This document shows positions 9,659 to 17,281 of a stretch of 64,000 nt of DNA, piece by piece. This stretch comes from a virus (lineage: Duplodnaviria; Caudoviricetes): IMG/VR virus record IMGVR_UViG_3300037419_001469, positions 1-64,000 of that record, one strand, 5' to 3'. Below the pieces are notes generated by a model, which saw only the letters and a list, made by a program, of their open reading frames with translations, was not told where the DNA came from and made no database searches. Position numbers and translations under genes: made by a program. Each line of letters starts with the position of its first letter. The first letter of the stretch is position 1.

Positions 9659-10116
9659 GGCTTCTCCACCAGGATCGGGAAGTCGCCCGTGGATTCGAGC
9701 GCGGCTTGGGCGCTCGCATACAGAGGCAGGTCGCGCATGTCCCACGAGGGCTTGCCGAACTCGAAGTAGTCGACCGGCGCGATCCGCCACTGTGCAAGGC
9801 CCTTGAATAGGACCAGCACATACGGACGCGCGCCGGCCTTCGCCACCTTCTTCAGCCTCGGCAGTTGGGTGAGGTGGTCGGAGGGGAGGCGGTAGTCATG
9901 CTCGGTGCTCTTGACCTCCAGCGGGATCGAGGTCCCGGTCCACCAGCACAGGAAGTCGGAGAGCTGCTTTTTCAGCCTCCCGCCCGCGGCGCGGGCGTCG
10001 GAGGTGCGCTCATAGGCAAACGCCATGAAGCGCGTGTTGAGGCGATCAAAATGCGACATGACGGCCTTCTCCGCCGTCTTGCCGCGCTCGCCTATCGATT
10101 CCTTTTTCATTGTCAC
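9655..10116 (-). CDS. PD-(D/E)xK nuclease, RecU-like Holliday junction resolvase
   Basis: E...SDF...LEVKST catalytic pattern; located in replication/recombination block. Confidence 0.7.
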   Translation of the reverse strand: MTMKKESIGERGKTAEKAVMSHFDRLNTRFMAFAYERTSDARAAGGRLKKQLSDFLCWWTGTSIPLEVKSTEHDYRLPSDHLTQLPRLKKVAKAGARPYVLVLFKGLAQWRIAPVDYFEFGKPSWDMRDLPLYASAQAALESTGDFPILVEKP

Positions 10117-10215
10117 CTCAGTCGGAACAGAGACAGCTCAAGAGGCAGACCGCCAGCATCAAGCCTGGCGAATGCCCCATGTAGCAGATCACGCAGATCA
10201 GGAAGGTGGGTAGGC

Positions 10216-10557
10216 TCATGACGCCTCGACCTCCATGTCGTCGGCGTCGTAGGACATCTCGTCGTAGCGCACCAGCTCGATGCCCTCGCTGCCGTCCATC
10301 GGTGGCCAGCCCTCGACACCCCTATTGAACTGGTCTACGACATCTCCCCACGGTAACAGGGACAGCCGCAGCACTTCCGCGGCCAGCATTTTCAGCACGG
10401 CGTGCAGCACCGAGCCCGCGCGCCGCACGCGCCAGTCGTCATCGCTCCAGAAGCTGTTGATCTCGTGGAGCTTCGCTTCCGTCATCACGTCGTGGTCGAT
10501 CCTGACCACGACCTGGTGCCGGTCGTTGTAGGTGATGGTGTATTCCTTGGTATTCAT
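10216..10557 (-). CDS. DUF2528-like phage protein
   Basis: YTITYNDRHQVVVRIDH...LHEINSFWS...EGWPPMDGSEGIEL recalled pattern. Confidence 0.6.
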   Translation of the reverse strand: MNTKEYTITYNDRHQVVVRIDHDVMTEAKLHEINSFWSDDDWRVRRAGSVLHAVLKMLAAEVLRLSLLPWGDVVDQFNRGVEGWPPMDGSEGIELVRYDEMSYDADDMEVEAS

Positions 10558-12740
10558 GCCGCCTCCGCCTGCGCAAAGATTTCCGCCAGTGCCTTCTCGA
10601 TTTTTACGGGATCGACCGTGCTGCCGACTTCCCACTGCTGGCCGAAGTTCGGGCCGATGGAAATCTCGGACACGACCGGCACCTTCATCGTCGCGTAAGG
10701 CATCGTCATCTCGCGATGGATTATGGTCAGCGCCGGGATCAAGTCGTCAACCGCAATCGAGAACACGAACTCATCGTGGACCGGCGCAATGAAGCGGCAG
10801 TCGTAGTCGAAGCACACGCCCGAGTCCCATATCCGGCCTGCGGCCAGCTTCGTCATTTCGGCCGCACTGCCCTGCACTTCGAAGTTCGGCCCCTGGCGCC
10901 CTGCCTTGTTGGCGGTGGCGTTGTCGGCCATCAGCGCGGCAAGGTGGCGCCGACCGCCGAGATAGGTCTTCGCGTAGCCGGTGCGCATGACGCGCTCGCG
11001 CACTTCATCCTTCCACACCGACACGCCCGGGAACATCTTCTCGCGCGCGTCCAGGAACGACTGCGCATCCTGCACCGGGATGATCAGCTGGTACGACAGC
11101 GTCAGCGCCTGGGCATCGTATTGCGCGCCAAAATTGACGTTCTTCGCCACCTTGCGCAGGTCGTCGGCCATCTTCGCGATGGCTTCGTCCTCGTGCTTGC
11201 GCAGCTTCGTGAAAACGTCGTACAGGTCGTCCGCCGTCCTCGGCGCTTCGGCCTTGATCAAGGCCACCATTTCATCCAGCTTCGCGCGGCCCCATTTCTT
11301 TTCCATCGCGCCGGACGCGGTGATCGAATGGATGTCCTTCAACCGGTCACCGATGTAGCAGGCCAGCATCGCTTCGTCGCCGGACATGTCGGCGGCAAGC
11401 CTCAGTTCCTGGCCGGAGAAGTCGAGCGACACAACCACGGCATTGCGGTGGTGCGGCACGATCATTTCGCGGATCTTGACGCCCTCTCCCTTCTTCGGCA
11501 GCTGCTGCAGGTTCGGTCCCGAGCTGGAGTAGCGGCGCGTCACCGTCGCGCACTGGTTCATCGACGAATGGATCTTGCCGTCTTTCCAGTGCTTCAGCGG
11601 CGGGTATTTGTAGTAATAGAAATTGCGGCGCGTGGTGATCTTCTTCATCGCCATCATCGCTTCCAGGATGTCCCGCGCGTCGCCGGTCGCATCCATCGCC
11701 AGCGCGAACTGCACCGCGACCTCATTCGTCTTCGCCTTGGCCCGCACCAGTTCCCACTCAGTGGGATCAAGCTGCGGCTCGACGCCTTCCATCGCCGCCT
11801 TGTTGAATTTCGTGACCGCCCGGGCCAGGTCGCGGTTGTGCTGCCGCTCCAGCGGCGTGACCTTGTTCAGCACGCGGATCGGCAGCTTCAAGGTGTCGTA
11901 CAAAAACTCGCGCATCTGCTTCGGACTGCCGATGTCGATCACCGGATTGTTCCGGTACTTCGCCATCAGCAAGCCGTTCACATAGCGCAGGTCCCCGGCT
12001 TCGATCGCGCCGATCAGGTCCGTGATCCAGGGCTGCGACGCATACAGGTCTTCCGGCACTTCCGCCGTGATCGCCGCGGCCAGCTTGTCCAGATTTCTCG
12101 CCTTGGATTCTGGCCGGAAGCCGACCAGTTCCTCGAACGCGTCCTTGGCGGTGGCGGCGGTCAGCTCGGTATAGGGCTTCCACAGCTTGTTGATGACGCC
12201 GGAGCGCTCCAGCGTCTCGGCCAGCTTTACGCGCGCCGCTTCATACTTGCGGTCGTCCTCGCGCTCCAGCTGCTTCAGGCGCTCGATCGACACATCCGCG
12301 CCGGTGACGAAGCCGAGTGCCGTCAGGTAGGCCGGCTTGACTTCGACTTCCTCGTACACCGACAACGTGTCCTCGATCTCCATCAGGATAGAGAAGTGGT
12401 TGAACAAGGCGGCGGTGCAGATCGTGTCGTCCGCGCCATAGGCCAGCACATGCTGCGCTGGCAGCTCGTTCATGCGGAATACGCGCGTCTGCTCGGTCGC
12501 GGGGATCGCGTCGCGCGTCTTGGTCGCGGCCTGGGCGTTGTCGGCAATGATGCGCCCGCCCGGATACGGAAATTGCCCGATCGGCGCGGTGATCGTGGTC
12601 ACGCTCGCATAGTCGGCTTGCTCGTAGCCAAGCACGGTGCGGCTGTTCTGCTTCAGGCCGCCCGGACGGTTCTCGTCGACGTAGTTCGACATGATGCGGG
12701 TATCCCACACGTTGGGAATGAAGCCCCTCCACTTGTTCAT
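10554..12740 (-). CDS. polA: family A DNA polymerase, C-terminal part (rest of 3'-5' exonuclease plus polymerase domain)
   Basis: WDTRIM, ExoIII YGADD, PNLQQLP, motif A DFSGQELR, motif B KNVNFGAQY, motif C VHDEFV; GAGGAGG RBS before ATG 12740. Confidence 0.9.
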   Translation of the reverse strand: MNKWRGFIPNVWDTRIMSNYVDENRPGGLKQNSRTVLGYEQADYASVTTITAPIGQFPYPGGRIIADNAQAATKTRDAIPATEQTRVFRMNELPAQHVLAYGADDTICTAALFNHFSILMEIEDTLSVYEEVEVKPAYLTALGFVTGADVSIERLKQLEREDDRKYEAARVKLAETLERSGVINKLWKPYTELTAATAKDAFEELVGFRPESKARNLDKLAAAITAEVPEDLYASQPWITDLIGAIEAGDLRYVNGLLMAKYRNNPVIDIGSPKQMREFLYDTLKLPIRVLNKVTPLERQHNRDLARAVTKFNKAAMEGVEPQLDPTEWELVRAKAKTNEVAVQFALAMDATGDARDILEAMMAMKKITTRRNFYYYKYPPLKHWKDGKIHSSMNQCATVTRRYSSSGPNLQQLPKKGEGVKIREMIVPHHRNAVVVSLDFSGQELRLAADMSGDEAMLACYIGDRLKDIHSITASGAMEKKWGRAKLDEMVALIKAEAPRTADDLYDVFTKLRKHEDEAIAKMADDLRKVAKNVNFGAQYDAQALTLSYQLIIPVQDAQSFLDAREKMFPGVSVWKDEVRERVMRTGYAKTYLGGRRHLAALMADNATANKAGRQGPNFEVQGSAAEMTKLAAGRIWDSGVCFDYDCRFIAPVHDEFVFSIAVDDLIPALTIIHREMTMPYATMKVPVVSEISIGPNFGQQWEVGSTVDPVKIEKALAEIFAQAEAA

Positions 12741-14083
12741 GCCAGTGCCTCCTCGTCGGCCTGCAGCGGTCCCAGGTCCTCGTAGATGACGGGAAGCTCG
12801 AACTGCGCGTTGTGAACGATCGTGCGCAGCGTCGGCGGGATCGCCTGCAGCACGGCCTTGGCCTGCTCCTTCGTGATGTTGGTCACGCCGGGCTGCTCCA
12901 GGTGAGCATGGGTCCAGTAGAAGGTGTACTGGTTGTTCTTGCCGAACGTGGTGGCAAAGCCGGTCAGGGTGGATCCAAAGACATCGACGCCGAGCCGGTC
13001 TTCCTCGCCATCGACCAGGCCCTGGGCGATTTTCAGCCAATCGTCGGAGCGGTCCGAAGTCGACGTCTCGATGTCGAACGCGACGAACGGAGATTCCGCC
13101 AGCTTGGCCTTGAAGAAGGCCAGCGCATCGTCGTAATTGCCCGAGTGGATCAGGCGCACGGCGCCGGCCCACTGCTTCAGGCGCTCATCGGTAGTCGCGT
13201 CGCGCGGCTTGACCATGCCGGCCGTCCACTGCAGCGGCTTGCGCAAGGTGTTGACCTTCTCCGGGTACAGCTTGGCCACGATGAAGCTGTTCATCGAGCC
13301 CTGCATGTCGTCCAGGATCTTCTGCAACGGCTTGAACTCGGCCACGTCCTCTGCCAGGCGGGCCAATTGCCTCGTCACGTACAGCTGGTGCAGGTTTTCC
13401 AGGCCCTCGACGCCGAAATTGACCAGCAGATTCAGCCAGGCGGTTTCGCCAAAGCCCTTCGCGCCGGGGATCTTGTCGGATGTATCCCCGACCAGCGCCT
13501 TGAACACGGTGATGTATTTGCAGGGGAACGGCCCGAGCGGGTTTTCCGTCTCGCGCCGGCCATCGCGCCACAGGCAGACGCCGGTCGTCGGCGTGGAGCC
13601 GTCCGAGATCAGGACAGCAAGGTCGCGATCCGCCGTGTCGATGATCTTCTCGCCCTTCAGGTGCAGCGCAAGATACGCCAGCACGTCGTCGGCCTCGACA
13701 CCGTCCTGTGTGACGGCCTGCGCGCCGAGCGCGGTGAAGGTGGTGATCAGGCGCTGCCTCAGCTTGTCGAATTCGAGGTAGGCTTCGGGCGGGTGCGACG
13801 GCGCATCGCCGCCCTTGTAGGTCGGCATGACGCTCTGGCGCAGCAGCTTGCTGTGCAAGCCCTCGACCACCAGGATCATGTCGACCGGGGACAGGCCGTT
13901 GGCATCGAGCGCGGCAACCAGGTGGTTGATCGCATTCTCGTAGCCATATTCGGCGGAATTGACGAGGGTCTTGCGGCCGTTGAATTCGACGGTGAAGCCG
14001 AATTCCTTGTCGGTGCCGGCCTTCAGGGAAGTCCACAGGATCGAGGACAAGTCGACGAGGAGTCGCTTGGATGGCGTCTGCAT
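12737..14083 (-). CDS. PolA N-terminal part: 5'-3' exonuclease/flap endonuclease plus first half of 3'-5' exonuclease
   Basis: LLVDLS, EADDVLA, DTADRD, GDTSDKIPG(A)KG(F)G H3TH motif; then ExoI FDIETS and ExoII HNAQFE near C-terminus. Confidence 0.88.
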   Translation of the reverse strand: MQTPSKRLLVDLSSILWTSLKAGTDKEFGFTVEFNGRKTLVNSAEYGYENAINHLVAALDANGLSPVDMILVVEGLHSKLLRQSVMPTYKGGDAPSHPPEAYLEFDKLRQRLITTFTALGAQAVTQDGVEADDVLAYLALHLKGEKIIDTADRDLAVLISDGSTPTTGVCLWRDGRRETENPLGPFPCKYITVFKALVGDTSDKIPGAKGFGETAWLNLLVNFGVEGLENLHQLYVTRQLARLAEDVAEFKPLQKILDDMQGSMNSFIVAKLYPEKVNTLRKPLQWTAGMVKPRDATTDERLKQWAGAVRLIHSGNYDDALAFFKAKLAESPFVAFDIETSTSDRSDDWLKIAQGLVDGEEDRLGVDVFGSTLTGFATTFGKNNQYTFYWTHAHLEQPGVTNITKEQAKAVLQAIPPTLRTIVHNAQFELPVIYEDLGPLQADEEALA

Positions 14084-14117
14084 AAAAGTCTCCAACAGTT
14101 GAAGTGAGGTAAGGCGA

Positions 14118-14330
14118 CTACAGGTTGTTCTTGATCGATTGCCAGAACCGTTCCGGCGCATCGAACAAGGTGATGAAAAACGCGATGGCGGTGGCGATGA
14201 TCGCGCCGCCAGTCGGTACGATGAAGCCCTTCCAGAACATGCACAGCATCGCGAGCAGGAATGCCAGCGGCCAGCCGAAGCCGGCCGCAGCCACGCGCGC
14301 CGCCCGGCTCTTGAACTTCAGCCGGCGCAT
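14118..14330 (-). CDS. small two-pass membrane protein
   Basis: MRRLKFKSR followed by two hydrophobic segments. Confidence 0.55.
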   Translation of the reverse strand: MRRLKFKSRAARVAAAGFGWPLAFLLAMLCMFWKGFIVPTGGAIIATAIAFFITLFDAPERFWQSIKNNL

Positions 14331-14340
14331 GATAAAACCT

Positions 14341-14661
14341 TCAGTGACGTCCACGGGATGCCCTTTCACGCTTGGTCTGGCATTCGGTGCAGCGGATGCG
14401 GCCCATCTCCAGGCGCGCAGCCGGCAGTTCTTCGCCGCAGTCTTCCTCGACGCAGTGCGGGAACGGGTAATTGCCCGCGGCGTCCTTCTCCTGCGACACG
14501 AGCCTCTCCTTGCCGTTGACACACTTGGCGTACTTCTCCGGCGTCAGCTTGGCCCGGGCATGCTCCAGGTGGTTATGGTTCGACATCAGCATGTCGTCGG
14601 AGGCCCGATCAAGCGGGTCGGCGTGGCGTTCCATTTCGTAGTCCTGGAGCGGCTTGACCAT
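14341..14661 (-). CDS. TraR/DksA C4-type zinc finger protein
   Basis: D(P)LD(R)A coiled-coil tip, C-x(4)-CGEELPAARL...RCTECQ. Confidence 0.8.
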   Translation of the reverse strand: MVKPLQDYEMERHADPLDRASDDMLMSNHNHLEHARAKLTPEKYAKCVNGKERLVSQEKDAAGNYPFPHCVEEDCGEELPAARLEMGRIRCTECQTKRERASRGRH

Positions 14662-14664
14662 CGG

Positions 14665-15225
14665 TCAGACCGGCTGGTGCGGTATCGCATCGGGGATGCC
14701 GTATCCCACGGCAGTCCCGATCAGGGAAGCATCGATGGTCCCACCTAGTGGGAGGACATCGATGGAGGCGGCCTCGGAGGCCGAGTCCGCGATCGTGAAA
14801 TGGTGCGGGCTCTTGTCGGCGTGCAGTGCCTGCAGCCTCGTCACATGCGGCGTCATCTCGGTCAGCAGGCGGCGGTAGCCGCTGACCTCGCCGCGCACAT
14901 ACTGGCGGTCGTCGATCAGCGTGCCGTTCGCCTCCGCGTCGACCAGGATCGCCATGCAGGCCAGCGCGTGGCCCATGTGCGGGATGCCCGAGTCCGGATC
15001 GGTCCACTCCCCTTCGAACCAGGCGGCCAGGTGGCGGCGCGCGGCGGCGATGTAGACCGAGGCCCGCACCTCCGTTGCCCGCCAGTTCAAGCGGCCATAC
15101 TTCAGCGCGCCATCGAGCAGGCCGAGCGCACCAAGCATCGTTGCCGTCTCCGGCCACAGCGTCAGATCCAGCTTGGTCGAGGCGATCGAGTCCTTGGGAT
15201 TGGGAGACTTGGGCGAGGTGTCCAT
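14665..15225 (-). CDS. dATP/dGTP diphosphohydrolase-domain protein (DUF5664-like)
   Basis: NPKD...K..L.L.P, GALKYGRLNWR, AARRHL.AW.EGE..DPDSGIPH..HA. Confidence 0.8.
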   Translation of the reverse strand: MDTSPKSPNPKDSIASTKLDLTLWPETATMLGALGLLDGALKYGRLNWRATEVRASVYIAAARRHLAAWFEGEWTDPDSGIPHMGHALACMAILVDAEANGTLIDDRQYVRGEVSGYRRLLTEMTPHVTRLQALHADKSPHHFTIADSASEAASIDVLPLGGTIDASLIGTAVGYGIPDAIPHQPV

Positions 15226-15304
15226 TGGAGGCGGAGGTCTGCAAGGAGGTTTGATCTGAGGCAAGATCCTACACGAAAACTTTCGGCGCGGAATGGTTGC
15301 TGGC

Positions 15305-15335
15305 AATAAAAAGGCCCGGGCGCAGCCGGGCCTTG
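15305..15335 (-). terminator. intrinsic terminator
   Basis: AAGGCCCGG/CCGGGCCTT stem followed by TTTTATT on minus strand. Confidence 0.75.
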
Positions 15336-15348
15336 TCGCTGATCCGCG

Positions 15349-15579
15349 TCAGTGTGTGCGCCAGACGCGCACGCCGCCTTCGACCGAGCGCACCGTGAAT
15401 TTCTTGGTGTTGCCGCAGGAGCGCACATAACGGGCGACGCTGGAATACATCGTGGTCGCCTTGACATCGGTGGCGAGGAACGAATCCCCCGGCTCCATGT
15501 CGGCAAACGGATATTTGCTGCTACGGGTCGGCCGGTGCTGTTGCGGCAGCGGCACTGCCTTTTCAATGGCAATCGTCAT
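15349..15579 (-). CDS. small basic phage protein, putative DNA-binding
   Basis: KYPFADMEPGDSF...GGVRVWR pattern; AGGAG RBS. Confidence 0.65.
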   Translation of the reverse strand: MTIAIEKAVPLPQQHRPTRSSKYPFADMEPGDSFLATDVKATTMYSSVARYVRSCGNTKKFTVRSVEGGVRVWRTH

Positions 15580-15601
15580 GTCTAACTCCTTGTAAATTAA
15601 A

Positions 15602-16276
15602 CTACGCCATCTGACTTAGCGTGTATTTCACATCTTCATCTATATTATCTTGTTTGCGTAGCCATGCCAAGTATGACTTAGGCACTTTACTAAACGGTAT
15701 GCCCTTGTGCTTACCGAATGGCATGACACTCAGCAATTGAGGTTTATTACATAGCGCAATCATGTCGTACAGGCTCATCTGCAGCTTGTTTGCGCACAGT
15801 CTAAGCAAGTCTGCACAGTCCTCGACATCGGCCAGCGCGCCGTGCGAGGCCGCACCCTCGGTGCCGAGATTGAACATGTACTTCAGCGTCGCCAGCTTGT
15901 GGTCCGGCGCATCCGGAAACGCCAGTCTCGCCAGCTTCAGCGTGCAGATCGTCACCGAGTCCCCCAGGTGCGGCTTGACCAGCGGGTGGTCGAAGCGCGC
16001 GTTGTGCGCGACCATGACGACTTCCTGTCCGGCGAACGGGTTATCCAGCACGATCTCGAACCACTCCTGCAAGGTCGGTTCGTGCTCGACCATCGCGTTC
16101 GTGATCCGGTGTACGCCCGAGGCGGACGGGGAAATCGGCACCTGCGGATCGATCAGTGAATGCGCCCTGCGCACCTCGTTCAAGGTGGCGGGGTCGATCT
16201 CGATAAAGGCGCATTCACAGACGCCCACAGGCGGCGTCAGGCCGCTCGTTTCCGTGTCCAGCACGATCAGGTGCAT
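15602..16276 (-). CDS. DEDDh 3'-5' exonuclease (exonuclease X/DnaQ-like)
   Basis: DTETSG, AHNARFD, HGALAD motifs and C-terminal MPFGKHKG module. Confidence 0.88.
   Translation of the reverse strand: MHLIVLDTETSGLTPPVGVCECAFIEIDPATLNEVRRAHSLIDPQVPISPSASGVHRITNAMVEHEPTLQEWFEIVLDNPFAGQEVVMVAHNARFDHPLVKPHLGDSVTICTLKLARLAFPDAPDHKLATLKYMFNLGTEGAASHGALADVEDCADLLRLCANKLQMSLYDMIALCNKPQLLSVMPFGKHKGIPFSKVPKSYLAWLRKQDNIDEDVKYTLSQMA
15642..15670 (-). promoter_or_regulatory. sigma70-like promoter embedded in exonuclease 3' end
   Basis: TTGGCA-17 nt-TAATAT on minus strand inside an AT-rich patch. Confidence 0.5.
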
Positions 16277-16337
16277 GCGATTCCTCCGGTTGCGCAAAGG
16301 GCCGCTGTTGCCAGCGGCCCTTCACCTACTTAGTCGA

Positions 16338-17138
16338 TCAGCCCCGGCTGAATTTCACGATCGCGTACTTCTTCTGACCGTTGACCACTTTTTCCTGGGT
16401 CATCGTGATGACGTTGGTCGGCTGCATGATGCCGGCCTTGATCTTCACGCCCGACTCGATGTTGTAGCGGTCGAACAGCGCCTTCGATTGCGGCGGCACC
16501 TGCACGGCAACGATCGTGCGATCGATGTCCGGCACGTCCTCGCCGCGGGCGAAGGTCATGAAGCCGTACAGGTTGATGTACTGCTTCACGGCGGCCTTGT
16601 CGTAGCCCTCGACTTCCTTCAGGCGCTTGACGTAGTCGTGGATGCTCTGGCCCGCCTCGTCGCCGCGGCTGATGGTTTCGCCATCGTCCGAGTAGCGCAC
16701 CAGCGCCTTCGCATCGTCATCGTCCACGCCCGGGGACGCGGTCCAGGTGAAGCTCCAGGACAGCAAGTCCACCTTGATCACCTTGCCCAGGTCGACATTG
16801 CCCTCGGTCAGCGAGAAGCCGTCGAGACCGGCGACCACCTTCGGAAACGTATTCCAGTCCAGCGATTCCTTATCGAGCGAATCCTGCAGGTGGGCCAGCG
16901 CATACATGGCGTTTTTCGACACCATTTTCGCCGCCGAGATGGCCGTGCCGGCTGCCTTGACGACCTCGGTCGATGCGGCAGGAGTGGACGGGGTGTCGGC
17001 GGCGGCGCTGCCCGCATCCGCAGCTGCCGCCGTATCGGCGGCAGGCAGATCGGTCACGGTGGCGGTGGCCAGGCCCGGTTCTTCCGCTTCGAAAGCCGGG
17101 GATGCATTGCTCTTGTCATTGCCATTGCGAAGTGCCAT
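16338..17138 (-). CDS. hypothetical replication protein, possibly ssDNA-binding/annealing
   Basis: strong RBS, own promoter, disordered Ala-rich N-terminus; function inferred from position only. Confidence 0.5.
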   Translation of the reverse strand: MALRNGNDKSNASPAFEAEEPGLATATVTDLPAADTAAAADAGSAAADTPSTPAASTEVVKAAGTAISAAKMVSKNAMYALAHLQDSLDKESLDWNTFPKVVAGLDGFSLTEGNVDLGKVIKVDLLSWSFTWTASPGVDDDDAKALVRYSDDGETISRGDEAGQSIHDYVKRLKEVEGYDKAAVKQYINLYGFMTFARGEDVPDIDRTIVAVQVPPQSKALFDRYNIESGVKIKAGIMQPTNVITMTQEKVVNGQKKYAIVKFSRG

Positions 17139-17237
17139 TTGAATTTCTCCTAGTCGTTTTACATCGTCGGTTGCTGCTTCATTAACGCATTACCATCGTC
17201 ATTGGCTATGCGTATCCCGTTTTGCAACGGAGATTCG

Positions 17238-17266
17238 ATACTACTGACGACCTTATCGGTCGTCAA
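17238..17266 (-). promoter_or_regulatory. sigma70-like promoter
   Basis: TTGACG-17 nt-TAGTAT on minus strand upstream of 17138. Confidence 0.7.
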
Positions 17267-17281
17267 TTACTATTTGTGTTG

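Noticed and set aside
10716-14107. Long plus-strand ORFs antisense to replication genes (also 6159-7475, 20870-22723, 26388-28915 and minus-strand ORFs over head genes)
   Set aside because: Shadow ORFs expected opposite GC3-rich genes; no RBS or recognisable motifs
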